Of a stretch of DNA of 64,000 nucleotides, positions 1 to 12,649 are shown piece by piece (the stretch's first letter is position 1; every line of letters begins with the position of its first letter). Location: NCBI RefSeq assembly GCF_009914755.1, contig NC_060930.1; one strand, 5' to 3'. The notes below the pieces were generated by a model. It was not told where the DNA came from. It did not search any database and worked only from the letters and a program-made list of their open reading frames with translations. A program made the position numbers and the translations under genes. The stretch comes from the human T2T-CHM13v2.0 reference genome, Homo sapiens.

Positions 1-370
1 CATAGGCTCCCAAAATCCTGGTTTCATATTCAAGTTATACTATTTAATAGTTGTGTACATGTGCACATGCACATACACATACACCATTATACATTACACG
101 TGATCCTCTTGAAATTTGATCAAAATTGCTAGTCATGTTAATTTCCCTCATCTTTAAAATCATTAAGCCAGTGAATATAATTTAATGCTTCTGTAAATTT
201 TCTTCAACTTGGTTACTGCATCTGTTCTTTAGGAAATTTGAATTAAACCATAAGTGAAGTGAATGTGTGTGTGTGTGTGCATGCACACACATGCACGGCG
301 TTTACCACTTGGTGGTTATTAAGTTTTGAGTGGAATGAAATTTGAAAATTCGTTTTATTTAAGTTAGGCT

Positions 371-690
371 GGCCAGGCATGGTGGTTCATGCCTGTAGTT
401 CCAGCGCTTTGGGAGGCTGAGGAGGAAGGATCACTTGAGCTAGGGAGTTCAAGACTGGCCTGGGCAACAGAGAGACCCCCGTCTCCACAAAAAATACAAA
501 AAATTATCCAGCCATCATGTCGTGTGCCTGTAGTCCCAGCTACTCAGGAGGCTGAGATGGGAGGAGCACTTGAACCTGGGGATGTTGAGGCTGCAATGAG
601 CCGTGATCACACCACTGCACTCAGCCTGGGCAACAGAGTGAGACCCTATATCAGATAAATAAATAAATAAGTAAATAAGTAAATAAATAA
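371..690 (+). mobile_element. Alu SINE, AluJ-like, tail converted to (TAAA)n
   Basis: Starts GGCCAGGCATGGTGG; dimeric with A-rich linker at ~489-502; J-type features (GGATCACTTGAGC, GAGGCTGCAATGAGCCGTGATC, GAGACCCT); TAAA tail. Confidence 0.95.
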
Positions 691-879
691 TCACACGGAT
701 CCTACTTTCCGTTCCAGGAGTGTAAGTGAACTGAACACAATCAATATTACTTAAATTTTTTACAATAAAAATGTATTTCCTATTTAGACAAATGGGCAAG
801 TTTCAGTAATTCTGTCTATTCTTTCCATGGAATACTATCTTTCTTTGGCATTCGTGATAAGACCCATTGTTTTCCACTC

Positions 880-1100
880 TCCTACTGCCTGCGTCTAAAG
901 TGCTTATAACCTCAGGGCTTTGTCACAGGCCCGTTTCTTTTCACTTTACATGAGAAATTTCCTTCAATTCCGTGTATTCAGCTTTCAACAATATGCTTAT
1001 ATATTCCACATATCTGTCTCTAGTCTCAGCACCCCCTTTATTATTTGATGTAATGTTCAACTCTCTGTGTCTAAAATTGACATCAGGATCTTCCTCTAGA
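880..1100 (+). mobile_element. L2 LINE fragment (approximate bounds)
   Basis: CCTCAGGGCTTTGTCACAGGCCCGTTTCTTTTCAC...TATGCTTATATATTCCACATATCTGTCTCTAG resembles the recalled L2 RT-region consensus. Confidence 0.55.
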
Positions 1101-1204
1101 GCTTTTCTTGCCCTTGTGTTAAATATTGTAATGAAGTACATTCATTGAAACTAGAATAATACTAAAATGAATATTCATATGTCACTTTATAGTAGACAAA
1201 GGTT

Positions 1205-4200
1205 TATTTTTACATGTATTTATTTATATTTGCTTGAGATAAAATTCCTACATGATTCACCATTTTCATCATTTTAAAGTGTACAATTCAGTGACTTTAA
1301 TACATTTGCGATGTAGTGCAACCATCACAACTATCTAATTACAGAATATTTTATCACCTGAAAAGGAAACCCCATACTCAATAAGGAGTCACTTTCTATT
1401 CTACCATTCCCCAATCATGGCAACCACCAATCTGCTTTCTGTCTGTATGGATTGGCTTATTCTAGACATTTTATATGAATGGAACTAAACAATGTGAAAC
1501 CTTTGGTGTCTGGCTTATTTCACTTACCATGATGGTTTCAAGGTTCATCTATGTGGTAGCACGGATAAGGTTTTTATAATTCTTATAGTTGGATAATATT
1601 GCATTATATGGATATACCACTCTGTTTCTATATTTGTCAGTAGATGGACATTTGGGGGTGTTTCCACTTTTTCTGGCAATTTTGAATTATGCTTCTATTG
1701 ACGTACAAATATTGTATGTACAAATATTGACGTACAAATGTCTGAACACCTATTTTCAGTTCTCTTCGGTAGATATCTAGGCGGAATTTCTGGGTTATAT
1801 ATTAATTATATGTTAAACATTTTCAGGAATTTACAAACTATTTTCTAGAATGGCTGCATCATTTTGCATTCCCAACAGCATTCCATGTGACTTCAAATTT
1901 CTCCACATCCATGCCAACCCTTATTTTTCTTTCTTTTATCTAAACTAGTAGGTGTGAAGTAGTTTTCTTTGTGGTTTTTGGTTTGCATTTCCCTAATAGT
2001 TAATGATGTTGAGTATCTTTTCATGTACTTATTGGCCAAATGCATGCTATTTTGGAAAGTTGTCTATTAAAGCCTTTGTTCATTTTTAAATTGGGTTGTC
2101 CTTTTGTTGTTGAGCTGTGAGTATTCTTTATATAATCTGGATACTAGGCCCTTATTAAATATATATAGATTTACTAATATCTTCCCACATTCTGTGGGTT
2201 GTCTTTTAACTTTATTGATTTTTCTTTTGATGAACAAAGTATTTAATTTTAATGAAGTCCAGTTTGCCTATTTTTTTTAGCTTGTGATTTTAGCATTATA
2301 TCTAAGAATCCACTGCCAAATCCTCAGTTATAAAATGTTACTCCTATTAATTTTCCTATAAGAGTTTTAGAATTTCAGGTATTAAATTTAGGTCTTTGAT
2401 CATTTTGAATTAATTTTTTCTTATATAGTGTGAGACAAGGTTCTAATTTCATTATTTCACCCGTGGTCATTCAGTTGTCCCAGCACCATTTGTTAGACTG
2501 TTAGATCATTCCTGCCACATTTAATAGTCTTGGGACCCTTATTGAAAATTAATGTCTGGGTTTCTTTCTGGATTCTCAATTTTATTCCATTGATCTATGT
2601 GTCTATCAATATGCCACATATTACTGCAGCTTTGTAGTAAGTTTTGAAATCAGAATATTTGAGTCCTCCACCTTTGATTTTCATTTTCAAGATTCTTTTG
2701 GCTTATTTGGAATTCTGGCAATTCTATATGAATTTTAAGATCAGCTTGTCCATTTCTGAAAAAAACTGCAGCTGAAATTTTGATGAGACTTACATTGAAT
2801 CCATAAATTAATTTGGAGATTTTTGCCATACAAATGATATTAAGATTTTCAACATATAAACTGCAGAGGACCTTTTATTTATTTAGATGTTTTAAAATTT
2901 ATTTCAACAATATTTCATAGTTTTTAGGGGGTAAGTTTTGCATGTTCTTGGTTAAATTTACTAGTATTTTCTTTATTTTGATACTTTTGTAAGTAGAATT
3001 GTTTTAATTTTATTTTCTGATTGTTCATTATTAATTTATAGAAATGATTTTTAATACTGAAATTTATCCTATAACTTTTCCAAATTTATTAGCTCTAACA
3101 GTTTTTAAGATTTTTATATGTAAGATGATGCCATCTGTGAATATAGTTTTTCCTCTCTCTCTTTCCAATTTTGATGCCTTCTAGTTCTTCTTACTCAATA
3201 TCCCTGACTAGATCTTCCAGTACAATGTTGAGGAATAAAATGATAAGAACAAACATTATCTTCTTGTTCTTGATCTTATGGGAAAATATTCAATCTTTCA
3301 CCATTATGTATAATCTTAGTTATGAATTTTTATAGCTATACTTTATAGTTTTGAGAAAGTTCTTTTCTATTCCTAGATCATTGAATGTTTTTATCATTAA
3401 AAATGTTGGATTTTGTCAAATATTTTCCTACATCACTTAAAATGTTTGTGCTTTTTTGTCCTTTTTTTTTTGTAAGAGTGTGGAATAATACATTATAATC
3501 TATTAAATTTATTTATTTTTATATGTTGAACTATCCTTCTGTTTCTGAGATAAATTCCATTTTGTCATGGTGTATAATCCTTTTAATGCTGGAAGAATAT
3601 AGCTTTCTCATATTTGTTGAATAATTTTTTATTTATACTCATAAAGTATATGGTCCGTAGTTTTCTTTTCTTGTGATGTATTTGTCTTTGGTATCAAGAT
3701 AAAATGGACTTTATAGAAGAAATTAGGAAATATAGCTCTTCTATTTTTTTCAAAGAGTTTTAGAAGAATTGCTGTTAATTCTTCATTAAATGTTTCATAG
3801 AATTTACCGGTAAAACTCACCAGAATGTATTTGGTCCTGAGCTTTACTTTGTTGGAAGTCGTTTTATTATTATTAATATTATTAATTCAATCTCTCTGTT
3901 ACAGGACTACTCAGACAACACATTCTATTTCTTCTTCAGTTCATGTTTGTGTTTATGTGTCTCCAGGATTTTTTTTTCATATCATCTAGATTATTTAATT
4001 TTTTTGGAGTACATATTTTTCATCATATTTTCTTATAATCCTTTTTTTATTTCTGTAAGGTCTGTAGCAATGTCATGATTTGCATTACCGATTTTGGTAA
4101 TTTGAGTCTTTGTTTTTTTCTTGGTCAGTCTAGCTAATGGTTTGAAAATGTTGTTGATGTTTTGGGAGAAAAAACCCCAACTTTTGGTTTTATTTGTTCT

Positions 4201-5460
4201 CCGTTTTTCTGTTCACTAGTCAATTTAATTATCTCCTCTCTAACCTTAATTATTTCCTTCTTTCTGCTTGCTTTTGGTTTAGTTCACTCTTATTTTTTTC
4301 TAAGTCCTTAAAGTGGGAGGTTAGATTGATAATTTGAGATTTTTCTGTTCTTTTTTTTTAATGTAGACATTTCCAACTATAAATCTTCCTCTGACTATTG
4401 CTTTTATAAGATCCTATGCCATTTGGTATATTGCATTTTTGTTTTCATTTGTCCCATAGTATTTTCTAATATCCCTTTTGAATTTTCTTTGACCATGTTG
4501 GTTAAAAGTGCATTGCTTAATTTAAACATATGTTTTCAATTGCCCATTTTTCCTTCTACTATTGATTAGTAATTTTATTCCACTTTGGTCAGAGAAGATA
4601 CCTTGTATGATTTTAATCTTTTAGATTTAATAAGATTTGTTTTATAATCTAGCCTGGAAAATGTTCCATGTGTCTCTGAAAATAATGTGCATTCTACTAT
4701 TGTTGGTTTGAGTTGTTAATATTTGTGTTTGGTCTGGTTGGTTTCAAGTGTTGTTCAAGTCTTCTAATTCCTTGTTTCTATTTTCTCCAGTTGTTTGATC
4801 CATTATTCCAAGTGGGTTATTGAATTCTCTATCATTGTTGACTATTTCTCCACTCAGTTTTATCCATTTTTGCTTCATAGGTCTTGAGCCCTGTTGTTAA
4901 GTGCTGATAAATTTTAAATTTTTATATATTCTGGATGGATTAGACCTTTTATCATCATATAATGTTCTCTTTTGTCTTTTGTAACAATTTTTATCTTAAA
5001 TTTATTTGGTCTGATATTAGGATAGCCATTCCATCATTCATTTGGTAGCTGTTTGCCTGCATATCTATTACCATCTTGTTACTTTCAACCTATTTTTGTC
5101 TTTGGATCTAATGTAAGTCTCTCACAGGCAGCATACAGTTGAACTAGATTTTTCCTTTTTAAATCTGTTCTTCTAATCTCTTTCTTTTAATTGGACAATT
5201 AAAACCATTTGTATTTTATGTGATTACTGATAAAGACCTACTTCTGCCATTTTGCTCTTTGTCTTCTACATGTCCTATATTGTTTTATTCCTCAATTCCT
5301 ACATTACTACATTCTTTTATGTTAAATATTTTCCAGGCCCACTTTTGATCTCCTTATTTCTTTTACTATATATATTCTTAGTTATTTTCTTAGTGGTTAC
5401 TGTCAGGACTAAAAATAACATCACTATTTATAATAATCTATATTTGGACTAGTCATTCTT
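1205..5460 (-). mobile_element. Old L1M (L1MB-like) LINE-1, 3' UTR plus degenerate ORF2, antisense
   Basis: T-rich; begins with the L1MB 3' end in reverse (TTTTAAAGTGTACAATTCAGTG...GGCAACCACCAATCTGCTTTCTGTC); minus ORF 3629-3820 (FTGKFYETFNEELTAILLKLF) aligns with ORF2p [21 protein letters not shown]. Confidence 0.9.
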
Positions 5461-5704
5461 TTGGATGCTGTAAACTTTTGTTTAGTTTCCAGAATTCTGA
5501 GATAGTTGATTATCATATTTTTCTTACCAGTTTATTTGCTGTTTTTGTGACAGGATAGGCTTTTGGAAACTCCTTTACCATTTTTACAGACATAACTTCT
5601 ATTTTTTATTTTTTTAAAATATTTTCACCTTAGTATTAATTTATCCTTTAATTTATCCTTATTTAATATAAAAACTTACTTTGGTTTCTCTTTGGAGTTT
5701 ATCC

Positions 5705-6079
5705 TGTGGTAGTCATTAACATTCTTCTCTTAATATTTCTGACTCCCCCTTCTGGCTACAAGTTTAGTTTGCACTTTTTCTGCTTTCTTGTGGTTAGATG
5801 TGGCCACATGGATAAATGTAGTCATTTTGATTTGAGAAACCTGGTGTGTTTTAATTCTAGGTCAAGTACTCTGTTGCCTAATAAGACCTTACAGATCTCA
5901 GGCTACGCTTTAGCCTAGCAAACAGCAACATCTGAGATGAAGATTACTCCATAGCTTTGTTTCCTGACTGGCCAAATTTGCTTACCTATGGATAGCATAG
6001 AATGTTAAGTGAGAAGTAAATTGTTGTTGTGTAAAGCCATTGAGATTTTGGGAGTTGTTACTACATCAAAACCCAGTCC

Positions 6080-6080
<1 letters not shown>
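5705..6080 (+). mobile_element. MaLR MLT1-family LTR relic
   Basis: GTTAGATGTGGCCACATG and the 3' motif GAGAAGTAAATTGTTGTTGTGTAAAGCCATTGAGATTTTGGGAGTTGTTACTAC are typical of MLT1. Confidence 0.65.
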
Positions 6081-6870
<790 letters not shown>

Positions 6871-7541
6871 TAATCATCTTTTAACTCTCAGCTTAGATGA
6901 CACTTATTCAAGCAATGTTTCTTTGAACCTTCAAAACTGAGATATATTATTTTATCTACTCCTTTCATACAATTAATCATATCGTATCATAATTTTCTGC
7001 TTGCTGTACAATGAACTAAACAGTGAGCTAATTCATTATTTGTTCATTCACTTTTGTTCATTCACTTACTCTACAAATGCATGTTAATTACTCATTGTGC
7101 TACATCATAGGCAAATATTGGAGGGCAGGGCAGATACAGCTTTGCCCTTATGAAAGAGATTTACATTTTTAATATTTTCTTTAGAAAGCTTATCCCAAAA
7201 GATAAATAAGGAAAAGTGTTATTTCTCAAAATTTGGCCTTCAGCCAGGCATGAGAAACCTATTTTCACACTGGGTAGTGGAAAATCTTAATGTGAACCCA
7301 ATCCTCTTCAATACATTGTTATCATTTTATGTTATTAGAACAGTCCGATTTTGGTTTTAAAATTCAAATATGTTCATTTTTGAAATACAAACCTCAGCTT
7401 CTGATGAAGTTTCTTTCTCTCCACCCCCTTGAAGTTGACCTTTTTATATTATAGACGTTTGAAGGAAAGGGGAGCTGTTTTTCAAACATACATTTTTCAA
7501 ACAGCTCCCCTCCTTGAAGAGTATGAGAAAAACTTTATCTC

Positions 7542-7944
7542 CAAGTCTTTGCTATTGTGAATAGTGCCACAATAAACATACATGTGCATGTGTCTTTATA
7601 GCAGCATGATATATAATCCTTTGGGTATATACCTAGTAATGGGATTGCTGGGTCAAATGGTATTTCTAGTTCTAGATCCCTGAGGAATCACCACACTAAC
7701 TTCCACTCAGCAAACTATCACAAGGACAAAAAACCAAACACCTCATTCATAGGTGGGAATTGAACAATGAGAACACACGGACAAAGGAAGGGGAACATCA
7801 CACACTGGGGCCTGTTGTGGGGTGGTATACCTAATGTTAAATGACGAGTTAATGGGTGCAGCACACCAACATGGCACATGTGTACATATGTAACAAACCT
7901 GCAAGTTGTGCACATGTACCCTAAAACTTAAAGTATAATAAAAA
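7542..7944 (+). mobile_element. 5'-truncated, 5'-inverted L1PA (PA4/5-like) insertion
   Basis: 7542-7706 is antisense ORF2 3' sequence; 7707-7944 is sense ORF2 end, 3' UTR and poly(A); TSD AAAAACTTTATCTC at 7528-7541 and 7945-7958. Confidence 0.95.
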
Positions 7945-9828
7945 AAAAACTTTATCTCTGTAACTACTGTTGTAGCAGATTGTCTGAGATCTCAAAGTAT
8001 ACACACTTTGATGATCCCCCAAAGTGGGGGGGATCCTATGTACCCCACAAATGAGGGGGTCATTTATGAAGAATGTTTCTTGGTATCAGTCTTTGCCATA
8101 TAAATTTAGCTGCATGTTTTGGTTTATCTCAAGAGGTTTGATATAATATTTCTCTGTTGTGCCTGCTCCCCTTCCTCATCAAAAATTTTAAGTTCTCCTA
8201 TTTCTTTTATTAATAGAGTCAAATCTGATGCCCATTAATTTATAGGGCTTATTTAAAATACCTTATATAAGGCAGATAGTGGTATTGGTTGGCAGTCCAT
8301 GCCCCCTCTCTGCCTATCAGCCTCTCATTATGCCTTTCCTTCTGGATTATTTTGACCCTGTTCTGATAGCATGGGGGCATGTTACTAAATCTGCTGATTG
8401 AGCATATATCTATGTATCCAGAAAATCCTTGACTTCCATTCTTACACTGTCAGTCACAGGTTATTTCCTTTGGGTTCTCACTCATGTTTTTAACTTGTTT
8501 TAAAAGTTTTTATCTAGGAAATATTCAACCACACACACAGAAGACAATAGTATAATAAATCATCCTGTACATTATAACAGTAGCTTTTATAATCATCAAT
8601 TTAGAGCCAGTCTCAAGGACTTCAGCCTCAGCTTAGTAACAGGCACTCCTCTCTCCTCTGTTCTATCTACTTTTCCCCCAAAATTCTGCATTCCCTAAAT
8701 ATTATCCTCAGGTATCTCTCTCACTCTTCCTTTAAGTTGACATGGAAGTAAGTTGTAGGAATGAATGGGAGAAACAGTCCTCTGAACTGGTTTCTATTTT
8801 CAAGCCTTATGGGTAATGACTGACCACAAAAAGTAGTGGTTCTCTGAACATCGATATAGAGGGTACTGAGTTCTTCCTTCCTTGAGTCACATATAAAAAC
8901 CACTATAAAGTTCCTAATACAGACATTTTAAGCCTTTTCTAACCTATCATCCTTTGCTAAGTGCAGGGTGCTATGGAAACAAATATCAGAGACTTATATT
9001 TCCTGGGGTTAGAAAAGACCCTTTGAACTGGCAATGGTCTGGAAATATATATATTTATAGTTACATAGCCATCCGGGGCTGCAGTGTGGTCTGAGGTGTT
9101 TTGTTTGTTTATTTGGTTTGTTTTGGGAAAGTCTAAGTATCTATTCAAAGCCATTTTAATCTACCAGGATGTATAAAATAACAGTAGCTTCAATGTTCAG
9201 GGTGTACCTCTTCTAACTTAAGAGTTATCAGGACATAGCTATTGTAGGAATCAAATACATAATAGGCAGTGAATAAAAATGCAGAAGTTTTGGGTTTACA
9301 CAAGGACCATACTGAGCAGGCCTGATGTTGAAGACTGGGTGGAACTATTAAGGGAGCCAAGAAAAAGTTGTGTGGGAGGTCTGGGAAAGTGAAAGTAAAA
9401 GTAAGAAGATCTCCTGATCTGGCAGGGCAGGAGGGAAGAATGAAAAGAGGGAAAGAAGCAGAGGAGGCCCCTGCGGTAGGGGCCAAGATGCTGTGGAGGC
9501 TGAGCTGCTGTGTGTCTTCAATTTATGTGTGGGCTGTCTCAAATCCCTAGCCCAAAATCTGAACTTGAAATTACATTCTTAGAGATCCTTGTATCAACAT
9601 TATCTTACCCCATACAGCCATTAATGAACAAATACAAGAGTTCAGTGAACTGTGTTGAAAGGACTTAGAAATTCTTTATTGCAAAAACAAAACAAAACAA
9701 AACTCTGATCTGATTTTTATTCTATTTGAGTTCAGCTTAACTTATACTCTTGTTTGTGGAAATAAAGGAGGGGTGAAATAAGGTATTTCAGGGAAGAAGA
9801 CCTGAAATTTCTGTTCTTACATTGAAAA

Positions 9829-11094
9829 TGTGTCCGGAATTGGTGGGTTCTTGGTCTTGCTGACTTCAAGAATGAAGCCGTGGACTCTCGTGGTGAGTGT
9901 TACAGTTCTTAAAGATGGTGTGTCCGGAGTTTGTTACTTCAGATGTTCAAATGCGTCCGGAGTTTCTTCCTTCTGGTGGGTTTGTAGCCTCACTGACTTC
10001 AGGAGTGAAGCTGCAGACCTTCAAGGTGAGTGTTACAGCTCTTAAAGGTGGTGTGTGTGGAGTTGTTCATTCCTTCATGGTCTCGCTGGCCTCAGGAGTG
10101 AAGCTGCAGACCTTCGTGGTGAGCGTTACAGCTCATAAAGGCGGCGCAGGCCCAAAGAGTGAGCAGCAGCAAGATTTATTGCAAAGAGCGAAAGAACAAA
10201 GCTTCCACAGTGTGGAAGAAGACCCGAGTGGGTTGCTGCTGCTGGCTGGAGTGGCCTGCTTTTATTCCTTTATCTGGACCCACCCACATCCTACTGATTG
10301 GTCCATTTTACAGACAGCTGATTGGCCTGTTTTACAGAGAGCTGATTGGAGTGTTTACAATCCTTTAGCTAGGCACAGAGTGCTGATTGGTGCGTTTACA
10401 ATCCTTTAGCTAGACACAAAAGTTCTCCAAGTTCCCACCAGATTAGCTAGACACAGAGTGCTGATTGGTGCATTTATAATCCTTTAGCTAGACACAAAAG
10501 TTCTCCAAGTCCCCACCAGATTAGCTAGACACAGAGTGCTGATTGGTGCATTTACAAACCTTTAGTTAGACACAGAGTGCTGATTGGTGCATTTACAAAT
10601 GTCTAGCTAGACACAGAGTGCTGATTGGTGTGTTTACAATCCTTTAGCTAGACAGAAAAGTTCTCCAAGTCCCCACCCGACCCAGAAGCCCAGCTGGCTT
10701 CACCTCTCAATGGCACTCACCATGGGACTTTGCAGCACCTAGCCTGAGCACTCCAGCAGCCCAAAGGGAACTCATTCCCCGATCAAGCCCAGCAGGCACC
10801 AGCCAGCTGCACCGAGTGTGGGGCCCACCGAGTGTGGGGTCCACCGAGCCCACACCCACCCGGATCCTGCACCAGCCCATGAGCGCCACACACAGCCCCA
10901 GCTCCTGCCCGCACCTCTCCCTCCACATCTCCCTACAAGCAGAGGGAGCCGGCTCCAGCCTCAGCCAGCTCCAGAGAGGGGCCCCCACAGTGCAGCAGCG
11001 GGCTGAAGGGCTCCTTGAGCGTGGCCAGAGTGGATGCCAAGGCCAAGGAGGCTCCGAGAGCAAGCAAGGGCTGCTAGCACGTTGTCACCCCTCA
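9829..11094 (-). mobile_element. ERV9 LTR12 (LTR12D-like), complete LTR
   Basis: Ends TGTGTCCGGAATTGGTGGG and GTTGTCACCCCTCA are reverse complements of the LTR12 termini; CCAAT-containing U3 tandem repeats; U5 repeats; 1266 bp. Confidence 0.95.
10250..10660 (-). promoter_or_regulatory. LTR12 U3 enhancer/promoter with eight CCAAT (NF-Y) boxes and an AATAAA TATA-like box
   Basis: Eight CTGATTGG copies between ~10294 and ~10629 in ~40-bp repeat units; CTTTTATTCC at ~10259-10268 reads GGAATAAAAG on the minus strand. Confidence 0.75.
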
Positions 11095-11232
11095 ATCCCC
11101 CCTCTATACAGGACACCCCAACTGCTCTTTGGAATTTGGCTGATGACCACTCTAGCTACTTCCTGCTGGATAGAGGCGAAGAAGGGGCCCTGCAGTTGTA
11201 GTGTCCTCCAGAGCGGAACTCTTTAGGCCAGG
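11095..11232 (-). mobile_element. HERV9 internal 3' end (polypurine tract and adjacent sequence)
   Basis: ATCCCCCCTCT next to the LTR is the PPT AGAGGGGGGAT on the minus strand; continues with HERV9-like GGGGCCCTGCAGTTGTAGTGTCCTCCAGAG. Confidence 0.85.
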
Positions 11233-12089
11233 GGAACTCTTTAGTCCTCTCAAAAAGTGGTCTGGTGCAATTACCAAGTAAAACACAAGACAGCCCCTTG
11301 TGGAAATTTAGCAAGACAAAGGTAAGTGGCAGGTGAGTGCTGCACTGATTTTGCCACTACAAACTCCCTTGGAAGCAACTGTACCACATCATTAGTTGTG
11401 TGATTTAAAGACTTCTATTTCCAGACAGATGAGGCTCTCTTTTAGAGGGCAATTTTATAAACTTGCAGAGAACTTCTTTATCTTCATAGTTGTAAATAAG
11501 CACTACAGGGCATTCTGGAAGATTCAGAGTGAATCACTGCACATAAGTGTTAACAACCAGGGAATTATGTTTTGTTTGTTACATAATTTTAATATGAGAG
11601 TAACATCTTGATTCAGGACTCTGTTCAGCTGAGAGAATCAATTTTAACTGGAGAGGTGTGAAAGTCACATAGCATTACTGCTGAATAAGGATTTGAGAAA
11701 ACAAATCTTTAAAATGACAAAATATAACTTTCTAGTAATTATATTACCTAACATTAATGTTCACAAAACTTTCACATTTTAAACTTCTTTCTACATTGCC
11801 AAAGCTTATTCAATTGAGATAAATGAAAAATCACATAATTTATAAAACCAATTTTATAACAAAGTTTTGAAGAATAGTATGTGAATATAATGCTATTTGT
11901 ATTCATCGATTTCTTCTGACAACAAATGTTTTTACTTTGAGTCAAATTTTTATTACTGTGATTTTTTTAATCCATCAGAAAAAAAAATTAAACTTTTTTT
12001 GACAACAAAAGATAAATGCATTCCTCTTTTATGTAAAATCTGGTCTGAGCAAAGTTCCAAATTGCCACATACACAATGCCCAGGAATAA

Positions 12090-12573
12090 AAGCAAACATA
12101 CAATAGCAGGGCTTCTTTTACATTAATAGAACTCTAACTTGTTTGAAGTAGTAAGAGGAGTTAGGAATGGCTACTTTGTAAGTCCTGGCCATTAACACTA
12201 ATAGGAATTGGAAGAAGGGACTTGTAGGCAAGTGCCTTAAAAAAAAAAAAAGATTCACCCAACACATAACTTTGTTTCTTTTTCTCTTTTTTATTCATCC
12301 TACCTGGAAATCAGAAATGATGGTTAGAGCTGCATTAGTTATTTTAAAACAGGATGCAAAATTGAGAAAATGAATTAGGATTAAATACAGTAGAGATGAA
12401 AAATAAGACCTTGAGGCAACAGAGATGTTGTAGAGCTACACAGTAGCCCTGAACTGATAAAATATGGATTTCTTTTTATAAGAAAAATAGATAAACCTGT
12501 ATACTGTTTAATCTCCTTTGTGGAAGAGGGAGCATGACTTACAACTTGCAAGCAAATATAATCCTGATACACA
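12090..12573 (+). mobile_element. MLT1 (MLT1J-like) LTR relic
   Basis: CCTGGAAATCAGAAATGATGGTTAGAGCTGCATTAG and 3' end ACTTGCAAGCAAATATAATCCTGATACACA. Confidence 0.5.
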
Positions 12574-12649
12574 GTTAAACTTTATAATTTGTTATAGCAT
12601 TGCAATAAATTTTTCTCAATTAAAAAATTAACTCTATATAAATATTTCA

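Noticed and set aside
389-658. Alu-derived ORFs (also 6283-6535, 14004-14279, 28483-28719, 59445-59709)
   Set aside because: Standard Alu translation artefacts.
10290-10680. Regularly spaced ~40-bp repeats resembling a CRISPR array
   Set aside because: These are LTR12 U3 enhancer repeats with no unique spacers and no cas genes, in eukaryotic DNA.
9830-11226. Cluster of 62-170 aa ORFs
   Set aside because: All lie within the LTR12/HERV9 stub; chance frames in GC-rich repeated LTR sequence.
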